IMG/VR virus record: IMGVR_UViG_3300003155_000001
Coordinates: 1 to 50,391 of that record
DNA from: a virus
DNA: 50,391 bases
Direction: 5' to 3' (one strand)
Numbering within the stretch: position 1 is the first letter of the stretch; every line of letters starts with the position of its first letter. The position numbers and the translations under genes were made by a program. A model generated the notes under the pieces. It saw nothing but the letters and a program-made list of their open reading frames with translations. It made no database searches and had not been told where the DNA came from. Positions 40,964 through 50,206 of this stretch are shown here, piece by piece.

Positions 40964-41617
40964 ATGCCAAGAGCAAAAAAAAAGGCGGTTGGTATTCCGA
41001 CCATTGATGTGTCTCTGGTTGTAGTTCGAACAGGCGACGATAGTACCGGGCTTGAAATTGCGGTTGACACTGCGAATCAGGTTCAGGTTGAGCCGCAGAC
41101 GAGTGAAAGTGATCCCATACAGTTAATTAAACTTGGGAAGCTGTTAGCGCAGAAGCTTGGCAAAACTACAATAACAGGGCATCAGATTACATTAACAGAC
41201 AACGTATTCACGCCGCTACTTGCCAAAATCTTTCAGGGGGGTACAATCGAGGGCGAGGGAACATCTCTTGTGTATACTCCTCCAGTGGCAGGCAGTACAG
41301 ATGCGGGCGAAATCTTTGAGCTGGACTGTTATTCCGCTGTGTATGATGCGTCTGGACAGATTGTGAAATATGAGTGTATTACATATCCGAACTGTCAGGG
41401 AACGCCATTCGGAGTGGGCTCTCAGGATGATACATTCCGACTTCCGGAGTATGTTATTAACTCCGCACCAAAGACCGGACAGGCACCATATACCATTAAG
41501 TATCTTGCGGCACTCCCGGATTTCAGTAGCGCACCGGAAACAGAAAACGGAGAGGATGACGTTAGTGCACTGTCTCTTATGTCGGCAGATGCAGGAACAG
41601 GAGTAGCGACAGTATAA
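40964..41617 (+). CDS. Major tail (tube) protein
   Basis: 217 aa. Immediately precedes the two chaperone ORFs and the tape measure. Confidence 0.65.
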   Translation: MPRAKKKAVGIPTIDVSLVVVRTGDDSTGLEIAVDTANQVQVEPQTSESDPIQLIKLGKLLAQKLGKTTITGHQITLTDNVFTPLLAKIFQGGTIEGEGTSLVYTPPVAGSTDAGEIFELDCYSAVYDASGQIVKYECITYPNCQGTPFGVGSQDDTFRLPEYVINSAPKTGQAPYTIKYLAALPDFSSAPETENGEDDVSALSLMSADAGTGVATV

Positions 41618-41641
41618 CATAATAAGCAAGGAGAGAGAACA

Positions 41642-42058
41642 ATGGAGAAAACAGAGAAATTAAATGTAACAAGTGTTGACAGTCTGAAGGAATATGCGAA
41701 AGGAACTTTGGTCGTACTTCCTCCGTTTGCAGAAGGCCAGCCGTTTGTTGCAAGGATGCGCAGGCCGTCCATGCTGAAGTTGATAAAAGAAGGGCAGATA
41801 CCGAACTCATTGATTCTGAAAGCAAATGAATTGTTTGCAGACACATCCTCAGCGTTGGATACGGACGATGAAGGAATGATGGGCGAGCTTTTTGACGTTA
41901 TTGATGTTATTGCTTCTGCGTCGTTTTTGGAGCCAACATATGAAGAGATTAAAGAGTCCGGTATGGATCTTACAGACGATCAACTTATGTTTATTTTCAA
42001 CTATTCGCAGAGGGGTGTAAAGGCGTTAGAATCCTTTCGTGACAAGCAGGAGGATTGA
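41642..42058 (+). CDS. Tail assembly chaperone (gpG-like)
   Basis: Position upstream of the tape measure. Acidic, 138 aa. Confidence 0.6.
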   Translation: MEKTEKLNVTSVDSLKEYAKGTLVVLPPFAEGQPFVARMRRPSMLKLIKEGQIPNSLILKANELFADTSSALDTDDEGMMGELFDVIDVIASASFLEPTYEEIKESGMDLTDDQLMFIFNYSQRGVKALESFRDKQED

Positions 42059-42062
42059 AACA

Positions 42063-42272
42063 GTGATCGCCATGTCTAAGCTGTATAACCAGAAGCCAAG
42101 TGAAATTATAGGCTTGGACGATGAGTATACAGCTTATTGTTTCGATGAGGCGTGTGCGTGCATTATATTAAGATTGCAAAAGGGAGAAACACCAGCATAT
42201 AAGCGTAGCAAGGCAGAGAAAAAGAAAGTGCATTATAACAGTTTTACTGACATGTATAAAAATTATGAATAG
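42063..42272 (+). CDS. Second tail-chaperone-region ORF (gpT position)
   Basis: GTG 42063 lies 8-9 nt after GGAGGA (ATG 42072 is the alternative). It is in the +1 frame relative to 41642..42058. Confidence 0.45.
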   Translation: MIAMSKLYNQKPSEIIGLDDEYTAYCFDEACACIILRLQKGETPAYKRSKAEKKKVHYNSFTDMYKNYE

Positions 42273-42286
42273 GAGCATAACATAAC

Positions 42287-45200
42287 ATGGCAATTACGAT
42301 AGGTAGTGCCGTGGCATATCTCGAACTTGATACGTCGAAATTTCAGAAAGGCTTTAAGTCTGCTTTGAGTGATCTATCTGTGTTTGGAGACAAAACAGCC
42401 ACGGCAGGGCAGAAGTTTAAAGGACTGGAGAGCTCTTTTAAAACGGCAGGGTCTACTCTTACGAAAAGTGTGACTGTTCCATTGGCAGGAGTAGGAGCCG
42501 CCGCAGTTAAGGTAGCAACAGATTTTGAGAAGCAGATGTCCAATGTTAAAGCAATCTCTAATGCAACAGGAGATGAGTTTACGGCTCTACGGGACACTGC
42601 TATAGAGCTGGGAGCTTCTACTTCTTTCAGCGCGTCTGAGGTGGCAGAGGCTATGACAGAGATGTCCAAAGCAGGCTGGGATTCCCAGCAGATCATCGAT
42701 GGCATGAGCGGTGTTCTGGATGCCGCCGCCGCTTCTGGTGAGGATCTTGCCTCTGTTGGGACAATTGTTGCAGATGCTATAACAACGTTCGGGCTGAGGG
42801 CAGAAGATTCCACAAAAGTTGCAGATTTGCTAACACAGTCTGCAAATGCAGGGACAATTAGTGTAACAGATCTTGGCGAGTCGTTTAAATACATCGGCCC
42901 TGTAGCTCGTACAATGGGATTTTCGATAGATGATACAACAACAGCTATCACAGCACTATCTCAGGCTGGTATTAAGGGATCTCAGGCTGGTACGACATTA
43001 AGGACAATGTTTGCAAGGTTGGCGAAGCCAACGGACGCCGTCGCAGAGGTTATGGACGAACTGAACATCGTTATAGCAGACAGTGAGGGCAATTTCAAGA
43101 GTATGGATGATATTCTTGCTGAGATGCGCAAAACATTCAAGAATCTTACCCCCGAGCACCAGGCTTATTATGCAACTGTTCTTGCGGGGCAGGAGGGTAT
43201 GAGCGGCTTAATGGCCTTGCTCGGAATGACACAAGAAGAATATGATAAGCTTGCTGAGAGCATGGATAATTCGAGCGGAGTAGCCGCGCAGACGGCAGAC
43301 GTAATGAAAGATAACTTGGCTGGAGCACTGGAACAGTTGGGAGGCGCTTTGGAGTCCGCAGGAATTATAATCGGAGACAAACTAACGCCTTATATACGAG
43401 ACCTTGCTGAGTTTATCACAGGGCTGATTGAAAAGTTTAACAGTTTGGATCCTAGTACGCAGGATTTTATCGTTAAGCTTGGTCTAATAGCCGCCGCCGC
43501 CGGGCCCGTCTTGCTAGTGTTGTCTAAGGTTGTGTCTGTTGTGCAGGTAATAGGATCTGCTTTTTCGTTCATCTCCACAACTGTAGTGCCTGCGATACAG
43601 GCGTTCGGAATGCTAAAAAGCGGCGTAGATGCTGGAGTTCTGGCCGTTGAGGGATTTTCTTCTAAGTCTCTTGGACTCGCTTCGGCTCTGTCCGGGATTA
43701 GTGCTCCGGTCGTTGCTGTTGTCGGTGTGATCGGAACTCTGGTGGCCGCATTCAAAACGCTGTGGGACACAAGTGAGAGCTTCAGAAGCAGTATAACAGG
43801 GACATTCGATGAAATTAAAGCCTCTGTGCAGTCTTTCGCGGACGGAGTTGTTAGCCGGATTAATGACTTGGGGTTCGATTTCGAGAGCGTTGCAGATATG
43901 ATGCGGACAGCATGGGAAGCTTTTTGCTCTGTACTAGAGCCGTTATTCACCGGAGCGTTCGATGGAATAGCAATTGTGATCCAGACCGTGTTAGATACTA
44001 TATTGAGTATAATGGACGTATTCATTGGAGTTTTCACTGGCGACTGGGAACAGGCCGCAGATGGAGTAACTGGGATTGTCGGTGGGCTGTTTGATGGAGT
44101 GACTGAAATCTTGGCGACCATATTCGATACGTTGGGCGGCGTTGCAGGAAAAATCATTGAGTTGCTGGGGTTTGAAGAAGCCGCCGAAGCTGTAGAAGGA
44201 TTTTTCTCTGGTATTGCGGATATGTTCTCACAGCTTCCAGAAACAATTATGTCCATCGGAGAGACTATAGGAAACTTTTTCACCGTAACAATTCCCGGGT
44301 TGTTTTCTTCTGCTGTGTCGACTGTCACCGGGTTCGTGGATTCGATCGTGAACTTTTTTACCGTAACAATTCCGACAGCGTTCACAAACTTTGTAACTGT
44401 AACAATTCCGAATTTTATCAACTCGTTTGTGCAGTGGATCCAGCAGTTACCTTATAATCTGGGTGTTATGGTTGGAGAGTTTCTGGGTAACTTAGTGGTA
44501 TGGGGATCTAATATGTTGTCTTGGGTTGCAGAGACGATCCCGAATGTTATTAACAACATTGTGCAGTGGTTTCAGCAGTTGCCCGGGAAGATAGCAAATT
44601 TCCTGTCCAACATTATCTCCAACGTGATCGACTGGGGAGCGCAGTTGCTAAAGAACGGTATTAATGCCGCAAAGAACTTTTTGAATAATGTTGTGAATTT
44701 TATCCAGCAGTTGCCCGGCAGGATAGCGAGCTTTTTGTCCAGTGTTATTAGCAATGTGATTTCGTGGGGATCTAACATGATTTCGCAGGCTAGGAGTACG
44801 GCACAGAATTTCGTGAACAACATGGTCAATTTTATAAAGGATTTGCCGAACAAAGTGTACAACATTATAAAACAGATACCGAGTAAGATCACACAAATTG
44901 GATCCACTATGTTACAGGCTGGAAAAGATATTCTGAATAAATTGTTCGATGGTATAAAGAGCGTTGGAGAAGGTATCCTTGATTGGTTCGGGGATTTTGC
45001 CGGGTCAATCGGCAGTTTTGTGAGCGGTATTATTGACGGATTCACAAGCGTTGTGTCCGGTGCAAATGACGCAAAAGCCGCCGCCGCTTCTGTGGATGGC
45101 TCCCACGCAAATGGTCTTGCATATGTCCCGTTCGACGGGTATATTGCAGAGCTTCATAAAGGCGAACGAGTTCTGACAAAGAAAGAAAACGAGGCATACA

Positions 45201-45325
45201 GCAGAGGCGCACAAGCGGCTCAGAGCGGTGGCGATACATTCAATTTCTATAACACAAAGCCAACGCCTTACGAGTATTACAGGCAGATGAAGAAAGCAAA
45301 GAAAGAATTATTATATGGGATATGA
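42287..45325 (+). CDS. Tail tape measure protein
   Basis: 1012 aa. TP901-type core ..LGASTSFSASEVAEAMTEMSKAGW.., hydrophobic Gly/Ala-rich segments, and internal repeats. Confidence 0.9.
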   Translation: MAITIGSAVAYLELDTSKFQKGFKSALSDLSVFGDKTATAGQKFKGLESSFKTAGSTLTKSVTVPLAGVGAAAVKVATDFEKQMSNVKAISNATGDEFTALRDTAIELGASTSFSASEVAEAMTEMSKAGWDSQQIIDGMSGVLDAAAASGEDLASVGTIVADAITTFGLRAEDSTKVADLLTQSANAGTISVTDLGESFKYIGPVARTMGFSIDDTTTAITALSQAGIKGSQAGTTLRTMFARLAKPTDAVAEVMDELNIVIADSEGNFKSMDDILAEMRKTFKNLTPEHQAYYATVLAGQEGMSGLMALLGMTQEEYDKLAESMDNSSGVAAQTADVMKDNLAGALEQLGGALESAGIIIGDKLTPYIRDLAEFITGLIEKFNSLDPSTQDFIVKLGLIAAAAGPVLLVLSKVVSVVQVIGSAFSFISTTVVPAIQAFGMLKSGVDAGVLAVEGFSSKSLGLASALSGISAPVVAVVGVIGTLVAAFKTLWDTSESFRSSITGTFDEIKASVQSFADGVVSRINDLGFDFESVADMMRTAWEAFCSVLEPLFTGAFDGIAIVIQTVLDTILSIMDVFIGVFTGDWEQAADGVTGIVGGLFDGVTEILATIFDTLGGVAGKIIELLGFEEAAEAVEGFFSGIADMFSQLPETIMSIGETIGNFFTVTIPGLFSSAVSTVTGFVDSIVNFFTVTIPTAFTNFVTVTIPNFINSFVQWIQQLPYNLGVMVGEFLGNLVVWGSNMLSWVAETIPNVINNIVQWFQQLPGKIANFLSNIISNVIDWGAQLLKNGINAAKNFLNNVVNFIQQLPGRIASFLSSVISNVISWGSNMISQARSTAQNFVNNMVNFIKDLPNKVYNIIKQIPSKITQIGSTMLQAGKDILNKLFDGIKSVGEGILDWFGDFAGSIGSFVSGIIDGFTSVVSGANDAKAAAASVDGSHANGLAYVPFDGYIAELHKGERVLTKKENEAYSRGAQAAQSGGDTFNFYNTKPTPYEYYRQMKKAKKELLYGI
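44418..44900 (+). repeat. Diverged ~130-nt tandem repeats inside the tape measure gene (about 4 copies)
   Basis: Recurrent ..V(Q/N)(W/F)(I/F)QQLP(G/Y)(K/R)IA.FLS..ISNVI.WG... The string CAGCAGTTGCCCGG occurs at both 44573 and 44707. Confidence 0.7.
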
Positions 45326-45337
45326 TAGGAGGTAAAA

Positions 45338-46291
45338 ATGGTTAATGACATAACAATTGTTAATCTTGTTACGAATGCGAGTATTGACATGCATAGAGGC
45401 TCCGGCAGTTATGTTCTTGACGAGATTGACTGGGATTCCCCGGCAGTGTCTTTTTCATCTTATCGTGTCCCTTTTCAGGTTGGAAGCAACCTTTCCGGTG
45501 TGACAGTTGAGACGAGAAAGCCAACGATTATCGGGTATGTTATAGCAGATCTTTCTGGTGCTGATGTGCTTGGTATGACGATTGAGCAATATTATAGATA
45601 CCAGATGGAGCAAATAGAACAGAGCAAGTCTTATCTGAATAAGTTAGTGTCCATATATCAGGACGTTGAAATTAGAGTAGACGGATACTATCTCAGGGGA
45701 AGACCTACTATGCCAGTTAAGTATTCGATAGAGGAAGAAGAAAACAACGAAGTTTTGTGTATGTTCGAAATGGAGATCGAGTGTTTTGATCCTATGTTCT
45801 CGGCAGACAGTAAAACGGTCTATCTTGCCTCTGCGTCTCCTATGTTTCATTTTCCGATGGTTAGCACAGAACAAAAAGGAGACTTGTATTCTGTGTTCGG
45901 AGAGATTGTGCGCCGTAGATCTATGGAGGTCACAAACGACGGAGACAGTGAAACCGGATGCGAGATAAAAGTGTTTGCGCTGGGAGGAATTGAAGATCCA
46001 AGAGTATACAATGTAAATACTGGGGAGTACATCGAATTCGAAGGGGTAACGTTAAGCACAGGTGACACACTTACCATTAGCACAGTCTCCGGAGAAGAGC
46101 GGGCGGTGCATCACATAGCTTCTAGCGGTGTTGACCGTTCCGTGGTTGGGAATATAGCAAACGGGAGCACATTTTTTACAATTGCTCCCGGAACCGGCCT
46201 GTATGCGTATGAAGTGCCGGAGGGACAAGAGAACAACGTAGAGATATCTATTAGTTTTACCGAGAAGTATTTCAATCTCGTGGGGATGTAA
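45338..46291 (+). CDS. Distal tail protein (Dit / siphovirus tail family)
   Basis: First gene after the tape measure. 317 aa, beta-rich. Confidence 0.6.
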   Translation: MVNDITIVNLVTNASIDMHRGSGSYVLDEIDWDSPAVSFSSYRVPFQVGSNLSGVTVETRKPTIIGYVIADLSGADVLGMTIEQYYRYQMEQIEQSKSYLNKLVSIYQDVEIRVDGYYLRGRPTMPVKYSIEEEENNEVLCMFEMEIECFDPMFSADSKTVYLASASPMFHFPMVSTEQKGDLYSVFGEIVRRRSMEVTNDGDSETGCEIKVFALGGIEDPRVYNVNTGEYIEFEGVTLSTGDTLTISTVSGEERAVHHIASSGVDRSVVGNIANGSTFFTIAPGTGLYAYEVPEGQENNVEISISFTEKYFNLVGM

Positions 46292-46292
46292 C

Positions 46293-47555
46293 ATGATATA
46301 CATACTGAACGAAAACTTGTATAAGATTGAGCTGTTAAGAAAATATACGTTTTCGCAATATGAAAACAAGGCCAGGGACATAGGGAGCTTTGAGATCCAT
46401 GCACAGGCGGTCGAGGAAAATATGTATCTGCTGGACAAGACAAGAACATTTTTTATTTTGTTCGACGATGAGATCTTTGGAAAGATTGAAGATGTAAAAT
46501 ATGATAGTGACTCTGAGTATGACAGAACAATAGAGCTATCCGGGAGGCTTGCCCCGTATATTTTCACCAAGCGTGTCATTAAAGGAACTCTTACGTATAC
46601 CGGGAATATACCGGGATATATTAAGACCCTGATAGAGCGAAACATTACAAATAGCGGAGATGCGAAAAGATATATTAACATGTCTGTTGTATTCGACAAT
46701 GAGGATGCACTGCTTAGAGACTCCAGTACGATTAGTAAGCAAGTTACAGGCGGTTATTTATGGGACGAAATTGAGGAGGTTTTGGAGCAAGATCGACTGT
46801 GCTTACAAGTGCTCCCTATAGTTGTGCCCGAGACAGTCATAAGCGGGGTGAAAACCAACATATCCGGATGGAAAGTGCTGATAACCAAGGGAGCGGATAG
46901 AACAAAGGGAAACATTAATGGAAATGAGGCTGTTGTGTTTTCCCAGTCTCTTAGCAACATAAGCGGAACAAACTACCAAAATAAGAATGAGCAATATTGT
47001 AATGTTGCATATGTAGCTGGAGAAGGCGAAGCAGAAGAAAGAAAATGGTATGAGGTATATGTTTCCGGAAGTGATGACGGACTTACCGGGTGGAACCGTA
47101 ATGAACTCTGGATCGATGCAAGAGACGTGCAGAGCGAGACGGATGAGGGCGAGATAATAAGCGAGACGGAGTATCAAAAACTGATTGTACAGAGGGCAAA
47201 TGAAAAGTTTTCTGATAACACAATTGAAGAGTCTTATGAGTCCACGATTGTCTCACGGAAAGACTACGTGTATGGTACAGATTATTGGATGGGCGATAAG
47301 GTGAGTGTGATAGATCATGAACTGGGAATTTTTGTCGATGCGCAAATAACGTCCGTTACAGTAAGCACAGAGGGAAATGAAACTGTGCAGGATGTTGGTT
47401 TCACGTATGGCCGAATTGAAAAAGACCCTATACAGAAAATTAAGCAGATTCAGAGGAAAGAAGAAGAAAACGCAAACAGCATAAAGTATCTGGAAGCAAC
47501 AGTAAAGAAATTATTAACTGCCTTGGTACAGGCGAATTTATACAATCCAGAATAG
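46293..47555 (+). CDS. Tail-associated protein (Gp37-like siphovirus family)
   Basis: The N-terminus MIYILNENLYKIELL..DIGSFEIHA resembles the ReqiPepy6 Gp37-like pattern from memory. Position after Dit. Confidence 0.5.
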   Translation: MIYILNENLYKIELLRKYTFSQYENKARDIGSFEIHAQAVEENMYLLDKTRTFFILFDDEIFGKIEDVKYDSDSEYDRTIELSGRLAPYIFTKRVIKGTLTYTGNIPGYIKTLIERNITNSGDAKRYINMSVVFDNEDALLRDSSTISKQVTGGYLWDEIEEVLEQDRLCLQVLPIVVPETVISGVKTNISGWKVLITKGADRTKGNINGNEAVVFSQSLSNISGTNYQNKNEQYCNVAYVAGEGEAEERKWYEVYVSGSDDGLTGWNRNELWIDARDVQSETDEGEIISETEYQKLIVQRANEKFSDNTIEESYESTIVSRKDYVYGTDYWMGDKVSVIDHELGIFVDAQITSVTVSTEGNETVQDVGFTYGRIEKDPIQKIKQIQRKEEENANSIKYLEATVKKLLTALVQANLYNPE

Positions 47556-47567
47556 GAGGGAAGATAG

Positions 47568-48725
47568 ATGGCAGAAAGAAGCGGATTTTTTAATGCCGTG
47601 AATCAGGGCGGCACATACGATCGTGAATATGATGCAACAGATTTTACGGACTATTTTTCTTTGTTCATCGGTGACGGTGTTTTTGTCAATCCTGCAAACC
47701 AGCTACAGGTAGTGGCTAAGAGCGGCCTGACCGTAACTGTCAAAGCGGGGGCGGCGTTCATTGAGGGATGTTGGTACATTCTTACAGAAGACATGGACGT
47801 AATTATTCCGGCTAATACAGCCCAGTATGCTGTTAACACAAATGTATGCGTTACGCTTAGCCGTACAGATCGGCAAATTGTTTGCAAGGTTCGTCCGGCA
47901 GTAAGTAGCGTACTCCCCGTAAATAATGGAACAGAACACGATCTTGTTCTTGCGACTATTTCTGTGGGAGTTGGCGCAAGCAGTATAAGCAACGCAAACA
48001 TTACAGATCGTAGACCCAGTAAACAATATTGTGGGTATGTCACAGGACTTGTGGATCAGATTGACACAAGCGATCTTTTCCAGCAGTTTACGACAGCTTT
48101 TCAAGAGTGGTTTGACAGCATAAAAGACAAACTCGGAGATGATGCCGCAACAAACCTTCAAAAACAGCTTGACGATCTTAAGTCTGAACATGACGCAGAT
48201 ATTGAGAGTGTGCAGGCTCTTATCACACAGGCAAATTCTACGCTGTCGCAGAGTATCGGGAGTCTTGAAAATCGATTAACTACAAACGTAAACACAATCA
48301 ATAATATAATTGGGTCCCTAAGCAGTTTGACGACGAGCGCAAAGAATTCGATTGTGTCAGCCATTAATTGGCTAAAGTCACAGATCGACAGCCTAAAGTC
48401 CAGTTACACGACGCTGAATAACCGAGTAAACACTCTTTACGGGTTTCAGATCGTTGACATTATAAAAATGGATTTGAGTTATTCATCTGCCGACTATCCG
48501 CAGACTGTACATTACTGTACGGGAGATGCAGTGAGTACGAAAAATCTTTCCGGATGCAGTTTTTATACCGTATTTGTGAAAGGAAATTTTGTTGTTCCGG
48601 TAGAGGATGCTATCGTAACATTGACAGGAAGCAGTAACTTGCATGTGGGGCAGAGCTTCAGAAACGTGTCGGAAGAGACACACACGTTTTTGGGAACTGT
48701 GCTTGTAATATGCTATAAAAGGTAA
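47568..48725 (+). CDS. Tail fibre / receptor-binding protein candidate 2
   Basis: RBS AGGAGGGAAG. N-terminus FFNAVNQGGTYDREYDATDFTDYFSLFIGDGVF.., then a coiled-coil middle. Confidence 0.5.
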   Translation: MAERSGFFNAVNQGGTYDREYDATDFTDYFSLFIGDGVFVNPANQLQVVAKSGLTVTVKAGAAFIEGCWYILTEDMDVIIPANTAQYAVNTNVCVTLSRTDRQIVCKVRPAVSSVLPVNNGTEHDLVLATISVGVGASSISNANITDRRPSKQYCGYVTGLVDQIDTSDLFQQFTTAFQEWFDSIKDKLGDDAATNLQKQLDDLKSEHDADIESVQALITQANSTLSQSIGSLENRLTTNVNTINNIIGSLSSLTTSAKNSIVSAINWLKSQIDSLKSSYTTLNNRVNTLYGFQIVDIIKMDLSYSSADYPQTVHYCTGDAVSTKNLSGCSFYTVFVKGNFVVPVEDAIVTLTGSSNLHVGQSFRNVSEETHTFLGTVLVICYKR

Positions 48726-49051
48726 TGGAGGAATATAAAATGGAGGGAGACAATAACAGCTTAGATCCTGATAAGCTCGCTGTAAGAGAATTATTAAGAG
48801 ACTCTTTAGCGGAGTCTAATCGCAGTTCGAAGAGAAAAGACTGTATTATTATTCTGTTGTCTATCATAATCCTTATCTTGGTTGGATGTAATATTTACAG
48901 TGAGTATGCATATGAATATGTTGACACTGTTACGACTAGCGAGACAACAACTGTAGACATGGACGCAAGCGGTGACAGTGCCAGCGCCTCTTATGCTGAG
49001 GGCGACCAGTATAATGATAATGCTACTCATAATGAGGATGGTGATAACTAA
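48725..49051 (+). CDS. Single-pass membrane protein with acidic C-terminus
   Basis: TAATG overlap. TM CIIILLSIIILILVGC. Confidence 0.55.
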   Translation: MEEYKMEGDNNSLDPDKLAVRELLRDSLAESNRSSKRKDCIIILLSIIILILVGCNIYSEYAYEYVDTVTTSETTTVDMDASGDSASASYAEGDQYNDNATHNEDGDN

Positions 49052-49185
49052 TGTCGAGAGCGAGTGTAAAGGTAACAAAAACAAGGACAACAACCAGAAC
49101 ACGGACGAGAGTAAAGAAGGGAAAGCGTGGTAATCTGAATAAGTGCCCTGTATGCGGCAAGTTTATGGGGAGTAAGAATGGATAA
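49051..49185 (+). CDS. Small very basic protein with CPVC motif (44 aa)
   Basis: Below the ORF-track cutoff. TAATG overlap upstream, and overlaps the next ATG (49178). ..KTRTTTRTRTRVKKGKRGNLNKCPVCGKF.. Confidence 0.45.
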   Translation: MSRASVKVTKTRTTTRTRTRVKKGKRGNLNKCPVCGKFMGSKNG

Positions 49186-49411
49186 AGAAAATGCAAAGGT
49201 TAGAAATAAATTAAAAACAATAGAGTCTGTGAGAGATTTCGAAGGGTTGTTGTCTGAAACCATGCTAAGCGAAGAAGAAAAGCAAATGTTACGGTTACAT
49301 TACAAGGAGCGCAGAACATTGCAATATATTGCAGACGCTCTCGGAATGTCAGAATCGAATGTTAAGAAAATGCATCGGAAAGCATTAACAAAAATAAGAA
49401 AAATGTTTTAA
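49178..49411 (+). CDS. Sigma-70 region-4-like HTH regulator (77 aa)
   Basis: LSEEEKQMLRLHYKERRTLQYIADALGMSESNVKKMHRKALTKIRK has the region 4.2 HTH pattern. Confidence 0.75.
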   Translation: MDKENAKVRNKLKTIESVRDFEGLLSETMLSEEEKQMLRLHYKERRTLQYIADALGMSESNVKKMHRKALTKIRKMF

Positions 49412-49415
49412 TTCT

Positions 49416-49445
49416 AAGGGGCAGTCAGCCCCTTATTTTTTTTTT
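49416..49445 (+). terminator. Strong rho-independent terminator
   Basis: AAGGGGC-agtca-GCCCCTT followed by A and T10. Confidence 0.9.
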
Positions 49446-49539
49446 GCTATCTAAAGGTACAAACAGTGTACTTTTCTTATCTTTCCAAAATTCCCAGAAG
49501 AATAAAATAAAATCAGAAAGCAGGAAAGGAGTGATAATC

Positions 49540-50016
49540 ATGTTTGGGTATAACAATTATGCTCCTCAGTCTCCAGCAGGATACCAGATTCAGGCGAATC
49601 AAAACAGGATAAATGAGCTACAGCAGTATGGAGGTTATCAGGGCTATCAGATGTCTATTCAGCCGCAGTCTCAGCCTCAGGTCATAAAAGGCCGTCCTGT
49701 GTCCAGCTATGAGGAAGCAAAAGCAAGCATGATAGACTTAGACGGGAGCTTGTTTGTATTCCCGGATATTGCAAACAAAAGGATCTATACAAAACAGATA
49801 ATGTTGGATGGCACAGCAGATTTTAAGGTCTATAGCTTAGTGCAAGAGTCTGGTGAAATAGAGCATCAACAGCCAACAAAAGCACAACCCGAATATGTGC
49901 TAAAATCCGACTTTGACAACACGGTAAAACAACTTGTCGATAGAATAAATTCGATGAAAGGTGGGATGTGGGATGAACAAAATACAGACAATGTTAAACT
50001 TGGCAATGAGAAATAA
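49540..50016 (+). CDS. Gln/Tyr-rich hypothetical protein
   Basis: ATG 49540 follows GAAAGGAG. N-terminus YNNYAPQSPAGYQIQANQ..QQYGGYQGYQMSIQPQSQPQ. Confidence 0.6.
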   Translation: MFGYNNYAPQSPAGYQIQANQNRINELQQYGGYQGYQMSIQPQSQPQVIKGRPVSSYEEAKASMIDLDGSLFVFPDIANKRIYTKQIMLDGTADFKVYSLVQESGEIEHQQPTKAQPEYVLKSDFDNTVKQLVDRINSMKGGMWDEQNTDNVKLGNEK

Positions 50017-50158
50017 TCCGTTGTATAACAGGGCGAAACAGATGACTGAGGGAAAGAACGAACAGCAGTTAGAAGAGCTTGCAAGAAATCTGTGCAGTCA
50101 GAGAGGGATTGATCTTGACAGTGCAGTAAAACAGTTTCGCCAGATATTAAACAGTTGA
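49973..50158 (+). CDS. Hypothetical protein (61 aa)
   Basis: ATG 49973 lies 7 nt after AAAGGTGGG and overlaps the upstream gene. Confidence 0.5.
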   Translation: MNKIQTMLNLAMRNNPLYNRAKQMTEGKNEQQLEELARNLCSQRGIDLDSAVKQFRQILNS

Positions 50159-50206
50159 TATAAACCGATATGGTTTATATAAAACAAAAAGAAAGGAGAA
50201 TGTAAC

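Noticed and set aside
43390-44421. 343-aa minus-strand ORF, plus other long antisense ORFs (42343..42951, 44572..45045) inside the tape measure gene
   Set aside because: They are antisense to a strongly supported gene. Their composition is low-complexity (Ser/Thr/Pro/Ile-rich), as expected from reading a Gly/Ala/Val-rich gene backwards. There is no RBS or promoter, and every other gene is on the + strand.
50158-50180. 9-bp AT-rich hairpin ATATAAACC/GGTTTATAT after ORF 49973..50158
   Set aside because: It is followed by an A-run, not a T-run, and the stem is weak and all-AT. It is not called as a terminator.
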